Source: Candidatus Omnitrophota bacterium
GTDB lineage: Bacteria; Omnitrophota; Gorgyraeia; JABMRG01; JAFGKX01
Direction: 5' to 3'
Length of the DNA: 64,000 nucleotides
NCBI GenBank assembly: GCA_043797125.1
Contig: JAZDPX010000023.1
Coordinates: 3,098-67,097 of the forward strand
Position 1 is the stretch's first letter. Each line of letters begins with the position of its first letter. The position numbers and the translations under genes were made by a program. Positions 20,033 to 29,544 of the stretch are shown here, piece by piece. Under the pieces are notes generated by a model. It saw only the letters and a list, made by a program, of their open reading frames with translations. It was not told where the DNA came from and ran no database searches.

Positions 20033-21062
20033 AAATATTAAATCCGAATATAATCCGAGCATGCACGTCTACGCGCAGCAGCTTTTAAAATATATGCCCT
20101 CCAATGTCGATGACTTTTCCGTCAAAGCAAAGAATTACCATTTTTTGAGATATTACTTTGCCAAAGAATTCGTTTATCCTAAGGAAGCCGCTAAAAATCA
20201 GGCGGATGTAAATCATATAAGCGACCACAGCTATTCAGGCCTGTTAAGAGGATTAGATCCAGAAAAAACAGCGGTTACCTGCCACGACATAATTCCGCTA
20301 ATAGACATAGGCGCAATCTCGTGGTTGGGGAAAAAAAGATTTTGGTTTAATGTAAAACTTATGCCGAAGGCAAAAAAGATTATCGCTGTTTCTGAATTTA
20401 CGAAAGGCTTAGTATTAGAAAAGTTTAGAAATATAAGTAGAGATAAAATATCTGTCATTCCTTACGGCGTGGATGAAACGTTCAGGCCTGTTGAGCAAAA
20501 AGAGGCCTTAAGGCAAAAATATAACATCAGCAAAAAGTCGGTTTTGCACGTAGGCAGTTCGTATCCGCGCAAGAATGTCGAATTAATTTTGGAAATATTG
20601 ACCAAAAGAAAGGATTGGCAGTTCGTGAAAGTCGGGCCCTTTAGCAAAAGGCAGTGTTCTTATATAAGGAAGAATAACCTGAACAAAAGAATTTTACATT
20701 TTCCTCGCATAGATTTAAACGAAAGAGAGAAACTAACCGAAGTATACAACAGTGTTTCTGTTCTAGCATACCCTTCTTTTTATGAAGGGTTCGGGATGCC
20801 GGTTTTGGAAGCCATGGCCTGTGGTTGCCCCGTTGTGTGTTCTGATATACCTCCGTTTTTTGAAATAGCAGAAGGTTCAGCGGTTTTTGTAGACCCGAAA
20901 AACGCAAAATTGTTTGAACATTCTGTCGATAAAATATTTGAAGATGCAGAGTTTAGGCTGCGTAGTATTCAAGAAGGTTTTTGCAAGGCAAAACACTACA
21001 GCTGGAAGGATTCTGCTGAAAAAACGTATAAGATATATGAAGAAATTTATAGAGCGGAATAA
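20013..21062 (+). CDS. GT4 glycosyltransferase (mannosyltransferase-like)
   Basis: TCHDII, PRKN, YPSFYEGFGMPVLEAMACG. Confidence 0.9.
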   Translation: MWVRIFKNIKSEYNPSMHVYAQQLLKYMPSNVDDFSVKAKNYHFLRYYFAKEFVYPKEAAKNQADVNHISDHSYSGLLRGLDPEKTAVTCHDIIPLIDIGAISWLGKKRFWFNVKLMPKAKKIIAVSEFTKGLVLEKFRNISRDKISVIPYGVDETFRPVEQKEALRQKYNISKKSVLHVGSSYPRKNVELILEILTKRKDWQFVKVGPFSKRQCSYIRKNNLNKRILHFPRIDLNEREKLTEVYNSVSVLAYPSFYEGFGMPVLEAMACGCPVVCSDIPPFFEIAEGSAVFVDPKNAKLFEHSVDKIFEDAEFRLRSIQEGFCKAKHYSWKDSAEKTYKIYEEIYRAE

Positions 21063-22575
21063 ATACTCAATGTTAGCTATTTTAATCATAGCCCTTATTT
21101 ACCATATTTTTTCTATAATTACAGCGCCGGTCAGTTCGTTTTATCGGTCAGACGAACCTTTTTACGCGTGTATAACTAAATCTTTAGCCAGCGGCGAAGG
21201 CAATAAGGCAATATATACATCAGGTAATCCAGCTTATAAAAAATATCCGCCAGTTTATCCTTTTATGCTTTCTTTGTTATGGCGTATTTCTCCAAATTTT
21301 CCCGAGAATATGTTTTTACTGAGGCAGCTTAATATCTGCCTGGGGCTGCTTATTATTTTTTTGTATTTTTCCCTTTTGAAGAAATGGCTTAATTCGAGTT
21401 TAAAGGTTTTCTTAGTCCTGCTTCTTTTCGTCAGCAATCCTTTTTTTATTATGTTTTCAAACTCCATCCTTAGCGATGTGCTATATATGTTGTTACTCTT
21501 ACTGTTATTTTACAAAATTGAGGATTATAAGAAAGGAAAGGTTTTTTTGCTAATTACTGCATTAGCGCTTATTTTATTTTTTACGCGCACTTTAGGTTTA
21601 GTAGTGGCAGGTTCTATTGGCGCAGTTTTTTTATTGAAAAAAGATTTTAAAAGAGCCGGTTATTTTTCTGCAGCCGTTTTCCCCTGCATTCTTGCATGGC
21701 TTATTTATACAAATTCAGGAGATGGATATGGGTACATTAATGAATTCCTGTCACATCATCATAATCTTTTAGAATTTTATTTTACAATAGCGCACAACTT
21801 AAGGGACGTATGCGTACGCACTCTGCCTCTGAACGTTTTCCCGGCTTTGCAAAGCAAAACAATTTTGGGATTTTTTATCGAGAATAACCTTATTTTTCTA
21901 CATAGATTTTTTTGCGTGGTGCTTTCTTTCGTTGTTATATTTGGCTGTTATGCGTTTCTTAGAAAAAACAGGTCCCATTTTTTAACGCTCTACGTAATTT
22001 TTTATGCTGCAATCTTAATTTTCTGGCGCTGGGATTCCACACGATATGTTTTTGGCCTTCTTCCGTTTCTATATGTATTTCTTTTTTCCGGAATAGGAAA
22101 ACTGTTTTCAAAAACATGGATCACTGTTCTTGTTTTCGTTGTTATACTCACTGGAAATTTAAAAAGAGATGTCCATATGTTAATTGATGTAAAGCAATAT
22201 GGTCATCCGACAGGCAAGTGCGTGGCCGATGGCTGGAAAAAAGACAGCTGCCTTTTAGATTGGATAAAGAGAAATACGGACAAGGATGAAATCTTAGCTA
22301 GCACGCCTCGGTATATAGAGTATTATCTTTATTGCGAAAGAAGGACAGTTGATTATACCTGCAGAGAAGGTGAAAACCTCGGTTTTTACATAAAGCACAA
22401 TGTTAGATATATAATTCAGCATCCCTACGAAGATGTTTTGACTTCGGAAGATATAGGCATAACAAAGATGGAACGGTTTAGGCAGAAATATCCCGAGAAT
22501 ATAAAATTAGTTTTTAAATGCGAAGATTCCAGGTATGCTGTCTATGAAATTATACACAAAGAGGGGGCGCTATGA
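21037..22575 (+). CDS. Polytopic membrane protein, ArnT/PMT (GT-C)-like
   Basis: SDEPFY after TM1, YPPVYP, ILSD, many TM helices, RY motif; ATG 21037 preferred. Confidence 0.65.
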   Translation: MKKFIERNKYSMLAILIIALIYHIFSIITAPVSSFYRSDEPFYACITKSLASGEGNKAIYTSGNPAYKKYPPVYPFMLSLLWRISPNFPENMFLLRQLNICLGLLIIFLYFSLLKKWLNSSLKVFLVLLLFVSNPFFIMFSNSILSDVLYMLLLLLLFYKIEDYKKGKVFLLITALALILFFTRTLGLVVAGSIGAVFLLKKDFKRAGYFSAAVFPCILAWLIYTNSGDGYGYINEFLSHHHNLLEFYFTIAHNLRDVCVRTLPLNVFPALQSKTILGFFIENNLIFLHRFFCVVLSFVVIFGCYAFLRKNRSHFLTLYVIFYAAILIFWRWDSTRYVFGLLPFLYVFLFSGIGKLFSKTWITVLVFVVILTGNLKRDVHMLIDVKQYGHPTGKCVADGWKKDSCLLDWIKRNTDKDEILASTPRYIEYYLYCERRTVDYTCREGENLGFYIKHNVRYIIQHPYEDVLTSEDIGITKMERFRQKYPENIKLVFKCEDSRYAVYEIIHKEGAL

Positions 22576-23591
22576 TAAATATAGGCATTATAGGTTGTGG
22601 AGAGTGGGGCCCTAACCACTTAAGGGTTTTTTCGCAGCTGCATAATTCGTGTGTACGGATGGCCGCTGACCTAAACAGCGTAAGGCTTGAGTCGATGCAG
22701 AAGCTGTATCCAAACACCATATTTACTAAAGATTACAAAGAGATTTTGGATAATGATGCAATTGATGCAGTTTGTATAGCGGTTCCTACCTCTGCGCATT
22801 ATAGAATCGCAAGGGAGGCATTATCGCGAGGAAAACATGTTTTATGCGAAAAACCATTAGCATTAAAAATTGGGCATTGTGAGGATTTAATCAAAATTGC
22901 AGGAAAAAAGAAACTTATATTGATGGTAGGATATATATATCTGTTTAACGAGAGCATTAGAAAAATTAAAGATTATATAGACCAAGGAAAACTAGGAGAC
23001 ATTCAGTATATGCACTCGGAAAGGGCAAATCTTGGTCCGTTCCGTTATGATATAAATGCCCTTTGGGATTTAGCTCCGCACGATGTTTCTATCTTTAACT
23101 ATCTTTTAGGCTCTATGCCTATTGAAGTTTCAGCATGCGGCGCTAAGTATTTATTTAAAGACAGAGAAGATTTGGCGTTTATCACCTTGAGGTATAAAAA
23201 CAATGTTACTGTGAATATACATGTTAGCTGGTTAAGCCCCAGAAAGGTTAGGGATATAACAATCATAGGAGACGAAAAAATGCTTGTCTTTAATGATATA
23301 GACGAAAAAATCCCTATTATGATTTATAACAAACATGTAGAAAAAACAAAGAAATATTATAGTACATTTAAAGAATTTTTGATTTTAGCTAAATGGGGCA
23401 GGACAATAAGGCCAGCAATAAAGATATCAGAGCCGCTCTTAGTGCAGGATTTATATTTCTTAGAGTCCATAAGAAACAAGGAACAGCCTGAGATAGCGAA
23501 TGGCGAGTTCGCATTAAATGTAACAAAAATTTTAATTGATATTCAAAAATCAATGGATAAAAATGGTACGCCGATAAAAATTATTAAATGA
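22572..23591 (+). CDS. Gfo/Idh/MocA oxidoreductase
   Basis: IGCGEWG, HVLCEKP, WDLAPHD, VSWLSPRKVR. Confidence 0.9.
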   Translation: MINIGIIGCGEWGPNHLRVFSQLHNSCVRMAADLNSVRLESMQKLYPNTIFTKDYKEILDNDAIDAVCIAVPTSAHYRIAREALSRGKHVLCEKPLALKIGHCEDLIKIAGKKKLILMVGYIYLFNESIRKIKDYIDQGKLGDIQYMHSERANLGPFRYDINALWDLAPHDVSIFNYLLGSMPIEVSACGAKYLFKDREDLAFITLRYKNNVTVNIHVSWLSPRKVRDITIIGDEKMLVFNDIDEKIPIMIYNKHVEKTKKYYSTFKEFLILAKWGRTIRPAIKISEPLLVQDLYFLESIRNKEQPEIANGEFALNVTKILIDIQKSMDKNGTPIKIIK

Positions 23592-23628
23592 CGCAAAAGA
23601 AACAATAAAGCGTCAAAAGAGGGATCAT

Positions 23629-24780
23629 ATGGCTTATAAAGTAATACTTCCTAAATTAGGAACTAATGCCGAAAGGGCAACTGTAGTTTCGTGGCTTAAA
23701 AAAGAAGGCGAGAGTGTGTTAAAAAATGAGGTGTTAGCAGAGGTAAGTACGGATAAGGCAACATTTGAAGTGGAAGCAGAATATAGTGGTATATTAAGAA
23801 AGATTTTATGCCCGGTTGATTCCGAGATTGATATTACAAAAACCATTGCCATCATAGCAGAGCCAGGAGAAGATATAACCGAAATAGAAGAGCAGGTGAA
23901 AAAAGAAAAGGCTGACACGGCTCAGCAGTTTGCTAAACAGGTCTGGAGAATCTGGTTTGAAGGCAAAGCCCAGCCAAGCGTTAAGTTATCAGAACCGAAT
24001 ATTAGAATGTCTCCCGCCGCAAGGGAATTAGCCAGAACCAAAAATATAGATTTGGAAACATTAACTACGCACTACAGAAATAAAAAGGAAACACTTGAGG
24101 TTAAAGATATAGTTAATTTTATCGACTCTGAAAAAATAGTTGTCTACGGTGCAGGCCTTGGTCTAAAACAGGCTTTGGAAATAATACGCAATTATTACGA
24201 TATTAAAATAGTGGGCCTGATCGATGATAACCCTGAGCTGAAAAACAAAATCATCTGCGGTTATAAGGTGTTAGGAGGATTTGATGACCTTGCAAAAGCC
24301 TACAAAAATCAAGAGTTCTCAGGCGTGGCATTATCATTTCATTCCGAAACAAGAAGAAAAATTTTTATAAAGCTAAAAAATGAAATACCGCAGATTCGTA
24401 TAAAAACCCTTATAGACTCAAAGGCCATTGTTTCTCCAGACGCAGAAATAGGGGACGGTGTATTTATTGAGGCCGGTACCATAATAGGCCCCGGAGTAAA
24501 AATAGGAGATGGCTCAGTAATAGACTTAGGCGCTGTTGTTTGCCATGATTGTTTCATAGGAGAGTTTTCGCATCTCTCCCCAGGTTGCGTGCTATCAGGG
24601 ATAGTTTGCTTAAAAGAAAATGTTTTGATAGGTGCCGGGGCCAGCGTTAATTCCACCGTAACTATAGGGAAAAATGTAATTATTACTCCTGGGTCAGCGG
24701 TTATGAACGATGTGCAAGACAAAACAATAGTTAATGGCATACCGGCAGTAGTTATAGGAGAGAGCAGGCGTGGAGAATGA
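23629..24780 (+). CDS. Lipoyl domain + E2-type peripheral subunit-binding domain fused to NeuD/PglD-type sugar acyltransferase
   Basis: LPKLG...EVSTDKATFEV (lipoyl Lys); MSPAARELARTKNIDL (PSBD); VYGAG..GLIDD Rossmann-like domain, hexapeptide repeats, CHDC, GIPA. Confidence 0.85.
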   Translation: MAYKVILPKLGTNAERATVVSWLKKEGESVLKNEVLAEVSTDKATFEVEAEYSGILRKILCPVDSEIDITKTIAIIAEPGEDITEIEEQVKKEKADTAQQFAKQVWRIWFEGKAQPSVKLSEPNIRMSPAARELARTKNIDLETLTTHYRNKKETLEVKDIVNFIDSEKIVVYGAGLGLKQALEIIRNYYDIKIVGLIDDNPELKNKIICGYKVLGGFDDLAKAYKNQEFSGVALSFHSETRRKIFIKLKNEIPQIRIKTLIDSKAIVSPDAEIGDGVFIEAGTIIGPGVKIGDGSVIDLGAVVCHDCFIGEFSHLSPGCVLSGIVCLKENVLIGAGASVNSTVTIGKNVIITPGSAVMNDVQDKTIVNGIPAVVIGESRRGE

Positions 24781-25708
24781 TGTCCAGATTAATTTAAAAT
24801 ATTTTTCAAAAATGCTTCTTATAAGGTATTTTGAGGAGAAAATTGACTGGCTGTTTAGCCGCGATATGCTTGCAGGAACAGCGCACCTATGCATCGGCCA
24901 GGAAGCAGTAGCGGTGGGAGCTGTATCAGCAATCAATTCAGATGATTTTGTTATCAGCACCCACAGGGGGCATGGGCATTTATTGGCAAAAGGAGCAGAC
25001 CCAAAGCTCCTTTTTTGCGAAATAATGGGCAAAGAGACGGGGTATTGCAAAGGTAGGGGCGGAACGCAGCATCTCTGCGTAAGGGATATTAACTTTTTGG
25101 GCACAAACGGCATAACGGGTGGCGGCATGCCTATTGCAACTGGAGTTGGCATGGCTTTAAAATTACAGAAAAGACAACAAGTAGTCTTATGTTTTTTCGG
25201 AGACGGAGCTGCTAACCAGGGCACATTCCATGAATCTTTAAATATGGCAAGCATATGGAAAGTGCCGGTCGTATATATTTGCGAAAATAACTTGTATGCT
25301 ATGTCAGTATCTGTAAAAGAATCGATGAATATAACAGATATAGCTGTGCGAGCTGGAAGCTATGGCATACCCGGCGAAATAGTTGACGGCATGGATGTGG
25401 TAAAGGTGAAAAGTTTAGTAGCAGCTGCTGTGCAACGCGCCAGGGAAGGGGAGGGCCCGACTTTAATCGAAGCAAAAACTTACAGATTTTGCGGACACTC
25501 TAAGAGCGATGCGCAAACATATCGCTCAAAAGAAGAAAAGGAATTATGGAAAATGAGGGATCCTTTGACAACACTCGAAAACAATCTTATTAGCAGCGGA
25601 TTAAACGCGCAGACTTTAAATTCTTTAAAAGAAAAAGCCAAAAGCGCCATAGAGGAATCTTATAATTTTGCAGTATCAGATACCCTCCGCAACAACGAGA
25701 AAATATGA
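24770..25708 (+). CDS. TPP-dependent dehydrogenase E1 alpha subunit (copy 2, PdhA/AcoA-like)
   Basis: HLCIGQEA, THRGHGH, GRGGTQH, FFGDGA..QG..HE..N, ENN, TYRFCGHS. Confidence 0.9.
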   Translation: MENDVQINLKYFSKMLLIRYFEEKIDWLFSRDMLAGTAHLCIGQEAVAVGAVSAINSDDFVISTHRGHGHLLAKGADPKLLFCEIMGKETGYCKGRGGTQHLCVRDINFLGTNGITGGGMPIATGVGMALKLQKRQQVVLCFFGDGAANQGTFHESLNMASIWKVPVVYICENNLYAMSVSVKESMNITDIAVRAGSYGIPGEIVDGMDVVKVKSLVAAAVQRAREGEGPTLIEAKTYRFCGHSKSDAQTYRSKEEKELWKMRDPLTTLENNLISSGLNAQTLNSLKEKAKSAIEESYNFAVSDTLRNNEKI

Positions 25709-26679
25709 AGACAATAACTTACGGCCAGGCAATAAATGAAGCATTATATGAGGAAATGCAAAGAGACAGTGCAGTTGTCCTTTTGGGCGAGGATATTACG
25801 ATTTACGGTGGGGCATTCGGCGTTACTAAGGACCTATGGAAGATTTTTGGAAAAGATAGAGTTATAAATACCCCAATATCTGAAAATAGTTTCGTCGGCG
25901 CAGCCACAGGAATGGCGATGATGGGGTTGCGCCCCGTAGTTGAGATTATGTTTATGGATTTTATAACATTAGCGTGCGATCAAATCATCAACCAAGCTGC
26001 AAAATTACCCTATCTTTATGCCGGTCAAGTAAGCGTACCGATGGTCATACGTACGCCAGCAGGTGCAGGCAGAGGCTATGGCGCTAGCCACTCGCAAAGC
26101 TTAGAGCGCCTATTTATGGGGATACCAGGCATAAAAATAGTCTCTCCTTATACGCCTTACGAAGCAAAGGGGCTTTTAAAGTCCGCGATAAGGTCTGATA
26201 GCCTGATTATTTTCGTCGAACATAAATTATTGTATTCAAGACAGGGGCAAGTGCCTGAAACAGAATGTCTTTTAGAGATTGAGAAGGCCCAGGTTTTAAA
26301 AGAAGGCAAAGACGTTACGCTTATTTCTTATTCAAAGATGCTTGATTGCTGTCTGGAAGCGGCAGATGCGTTGTCAGGCGATGTAGACCTGGAGATTATT
26401 AATTTGCGTAGTTTGCGGCCCATAGATATCGATACTATAGCAAAATCCGTTAAGAAGACAGGGCGCGTTGTAATTGTTGAGGAAGGCCATAAGGCGGGCG
26501 GGGTAGGTTCTGAAATTTGCAGCCAGATTGCCGAAAGCTGCCTTGAATATTTGAATGGGAGAATAGTTAGAGTAGCATCCGAGGAAACGCCTATACCCTC
26601 TTCGAGGGTCCTTGAGGATGCAATATTGCCGAATAGAGACAAAATCATCGATGCCGTGAAAAAAACTTTTGTTTGGTAG
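25705..26679 (+). CDS. TPP-dependent dehydrogenase E1 beta subunit (copy 2)
   Basis: LGEDI..YGG, NTPISE, GLRPVVEIMF, HSQSLE, EHKLLY. Confidence 0.9.
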   Translation: MKTITYGQAINEALYEEMQRDSAVVLLGEDITIYGGAFGVTKDLWKIFGKDRVINTPISENSFVGAATGMAMMGLRPVVEIMFMDFITLACDQIINQAAKLPYLYAGQVSVPMVIRTPAGAGRGYGASHSQSLERLFMGIPGIKIVSPYTPYEAKGLLKSAIRSDSLIIFVEHKLLYSRQGQVPETECLLEIEKAQVLKEGKDVTLISYSKMLDCCLEAADALSGDVDLEIINLRSLRPIDIDTIAKSVKKTGRVVIVEEGHKAGGVGSEICSQIAESCLEYLNGRIVRVASEETPIPSSRVLEDAILPNRDKIIDAVKKTFVW

Positions 26680-26694
26680 TTTGCTAAAGACAGC

Positions 26695-27405
26695 ATGAAA
26701 ATAGAAAAAAAGTTAGACGTCATAGCCAGAAATTATAAACCAGAAAAAGATTTTGATAAATATCTGATAAGGTACGGAGCGGGCTATATTATAAAAAATA
26801 TTCGCAGAACAAATGTTCTTGAAATAGGTTGCGCATCCGGGATTATGACGGATATTTTAGTGCGTAATTTCAAGAAAGTGGCCATAGTAGAGGGAGCCCA
26901 AAAATATGCTCAGCAGATGAAAAGAAAATATGGCAGCAAGATAAAATGTTACATTAGCGTAGTTGAACGTTTTGAAACAAAGGAAAAATTTGATAATATA
27001 ATTGCTGCTCATTTAATTGAGCACCTGCACAACCCCATAAAGCAGCTTAAAAGAATGAAAAAATGGTTAAAGCCAAACGGTTTTTTACACATTATTGTGC
27101 CTAATGCAAACTCACTAAATCGTTTATTCGGACTTAAGCTGGGGATTATAAGAAATGTAAACGAACTTACTCCTCGCGATATTAAACTCGGCCACAAGAG
27201 AGTATATAATAAAAAAATGTTATTTCAGCATATCAGACGGGCGGGCTTGAGCGTCGCTGAGATAAAAGGTATTTATTTAAAGCCTTTGCCTAATAATCGC
27301 ATGATAAGATATAGCAAAAAGACAATACACGCATTTTATGAAATTGGAAACATGGTGCCCAGCGATTTATGCAATGAACTGTATGCGAGGTGCGCGGTCT
27401 CATGA
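26695..27405 (+). CDS. Class I SAM-dependent methyltransferase
   Basis: VLEIGCASG, HLIEH, LKPNG..VPNANSL. Confidence 0.85.
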   Translation: MKIEKKLDVIARNYKPEKDFDKYLIRYGAGYIIKNIRRTNVLEIGCASGIMTDILVRNFKKVAIVEGAQKYAQQMKRKYGSKIKCYISVVERFETKEKFDNIIAAHLIEHLHNPIKQLKRMKKWLKPNGFLHIIVPNANSLNRLFGLKLGIIRNVNELTPRDIKLGHKRVYNKKMLFQHIRRAGLSVAEIKGIYLKPLPNNRMIRYSKKTIHAFYEIGNMVPSDLCNELYARCAVS

Positions 27406-28115
27406 AATGTCTTTTAACTATGTTTTGTTATAACGAAAAAGGCAAAATTGAAAAGGTCCTTGAAAAATTCAGCGATTATGGCATCTACGATGCTGCGGTA
27501 ATGGATGATGGTTCAACAGATGGCAGCTTAGCCGATATAGGCAATTTTTTTCCCAAGGTTACCGTATTAAAGAACTCCGTTAACATGGGAGCAGGTTACA
27601 GCGTAAGAAAAGTCTTGTATTATGCCAGAGATAAGGGCTATGATGCTGCTATTTTTGTTGCCGGCAACGATAAGGACAACCCGAATGACGTCAAAAAATT
27701 AATAGCGACCATGGAAGAAGGCTTCGATTTTGTTCAGGGATCCAGGTATTTGCCGGACGGCAAATACGGTAATATGCCACTTCATAGAACAATTGGAACT
27801 AAGCTTATTCATCCCATGATTTTTTCGTTATTTACAGGAAGAAAGCTTACGGATACTACTAATGGTTTTCGTGCGGTAAAATTGTCTATTCTCGAAGATA
27901 AAAGAATTAATTTGGATCAAGAGTGGCTTGACAGATACGGACTAGAACCCTATTTGTATTATAAAGCTATTGTTTTAGGCTATAGAGTGAAGGAAGTTCC
28001 TGTTACAAAAATTTATCCTGAAGGCCAAAAGAAGTATACCAAGATGCGCCCCATAGTTGACTGGTGGAGTATTTTAAAACCTTTATTTTATTTAAAGCTA
28101 GGGATAAAAAATTAG
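27402..28115 (+). CDS. GT2 glycosyltransferase (polyprenol-phosphate type)
   Basis: YNE, DDGSTDG, AGNDKD, VQGSRY, TDTTNGFRA. Confidence 0.85.
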   Translation: MKCLLTMFCYNEKGKIEKVLEKFSDYGIYDAAVMDDGSTDGSLADIGNFFPKVTVLKNSVNMGAGYSVRKVLYYARDKGYDAAIFVAGNDKDNPNDVKKLIATMEEGFDFVQGSRYLPDGKYGNMPLHRTIGTKLIHPMIFSLFTGRKLTDTTNGFRAVKLSILEDKRINLDQEWLDRYGLEPYLYYKAIVLGYRVKEVPVTKIYPEGQKKYTKMRPIVDWWSILKPLFYLKLGIKN

Positions 28116-28134
28116 ATTAGGACTAGATTAAGAT

Positions 28135-29544
28135 ATGTACACCAATAGAAATTCTATATTTATAGCATTAAATGTCACTTTTCTTATTGCCTTATTTATT
28201 GTTTTTTACCCGCCAATATATGCTATTCAGGATGAAGCCGATTACTTTGGTTTTGCCTATAAGCTAAAATGCGGCACTATGTTTTTTGACCCTTTAAGTT
28301 CCCATAAGATTTTTTTTAATGGAGAACACTATGTTGATATGTATCCTCCCGGCATGGCGATTCTGCTTTTGCCATTTGCGTTGATTTACCTGAAGGCGTT
28401 TTTTCTTTTAAATCCTCTTTTGCATTTTATTGGTTTTGTTTTTTTTACCAAATCCTTGAGGCTGCTTAAATTGGATATCAGGCTTTCTCTGCTTTATTTA
28501 TTTTTTCCAACAGTTATTTTGTACAGCCGCACCATAATGCCAGACGCCGCAATAGGCTCGTTGATTTCCATAGCAGTGTATTTTTATTTAAAAGGCGGCA
28601 GGCGTTGCAATTTTTTTTCAGGGCTTATTTTTGGTTTCCTTGTTTTAATAAAGAATGCGTTGTTGATTATCCCGGTTATATTTCTCTTATGTCTTACGTA
28701 CAAACAATATTTTAAAAAGCAAACCGGCCAAAATAGCGCATCGAGTTTTTTTATTGGGCTTTTGCCGTTTACCCTCGCAGCTGTAATTTATAATTTAGCC
28801 ATGTTTAAAAATATAATAAGCACCATGGTGGCCGGCGGCGGCACGCTGTCACCCATGTTTTTACCTGGTCATTTTTTATTTTATTTTATTTTTTTGGTTT
28901 TGTTTTACCCGTTCATGTTTTTTGCCCCGCTTATGTACAAGCGGGAGGGAAGGTTGGAATTCATTTTGTCTGCCCTGATATATGTTATTTTTATAAGTAT
29001 GTGGTCTTTTATACAGCCTGCAGATGGAAATTTAGCTAGGCTGATAGTAGGCAGCAGATACCTGACGGCAGTATTGCCTATATATTTATTAACTTATTCA
29101 GATTTTATAGATAGGATGTTTTCTAAGCTTGAGGAAAATATAAAAACTCCCATTTTTATAGTGGCAACTCTAATGCTTATCTATTCCGCATATCAAATAA
29201 ATGCGCATCACCAGAGATATCTTGAACAGCAGCTTCATTACAAAGATACGCTGTATAATAATACCCGCGAAGGCGCTTTTATCGTGTGCAACGGCCAGGC
29301 CAAAGAATTACTGCAAAAGGCATGGGGGGATAGAAAATGGCTCACCTTTACGGATTCTCAGCTTTCAAAATATGTCAAACTATACGATGAATTTTATATA
29401 GTTGCGTTCTTAAGAAAAGATAAGTTGAAGGGATTTGCAGAAGACGCAAAAAGGAAAAATGCTTTAGTCAAGGAATATAATGCTATGCTTGTAGCAGAGA
29501 TCAAGCAGCCTTATATGCTTCAGATATACAAAGCGAACAAGTAA
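28135..29544 (+). CDS. Polytopic membrane protein, GT-C-like
   Basis: QDEADY after TM1, YPPG, about 10 TM helices, GSRY. Confidence 0.6.
   Translation: MYTNRNSIFIALNVTFLIALFIVFYPPIYAIQDEADYFGFAYKLKCGTMFFDPLSSHKIFFNGEHYVDMYPPGMAILLLPFALIYLKAFFLLNPLLHFIGFVFFTKSLRLLKLDIRLSLLYLFFPTVILYSRTIMPDAAIGSLISIAVYFYLKGGRRCNFFSGLIFGFLVLIKNALLIIPVIFLLCLTYKQYFKKQTGQNSASSFFIGLLPFTLAAVIYNLAMFKNIISTMVAGGGTLSPMFLPGHFLFYFIFLVLFYPFMFFAPLMYKREGRLEFILSALIYVIFISMWSFIQPADGNLARLIVGSRYLTAVLPIYLLTYSDFIDRMFSKLEENIKTPIFIVATLMLIYSAYQINAHHQRYLEQQLHYKDTLYNNTREGAFIVCNGQAKELLQKAWGDRKWLTFTDSQLSKYVKLYDEFYIVAFLRKDKLKGFAEDAKRKNALVKEYNAMLVAEIKQPYMLQIYKANK

Noticed and set aside
24339-25254. Minus-strand ORFs of 133 and 186 aa (and similar antisense ORFs throughout)
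   Set aside because: Shadows of well-supported + strand genes with no motifs of their own
4594-26679. Housekeeping pyruvate/acetoin dehydrogenase operons
   Set aside because: No E2 catalytic domain (no DHRxxDG) and no E3; both E1 pairs are embedded in sugar-modification genes
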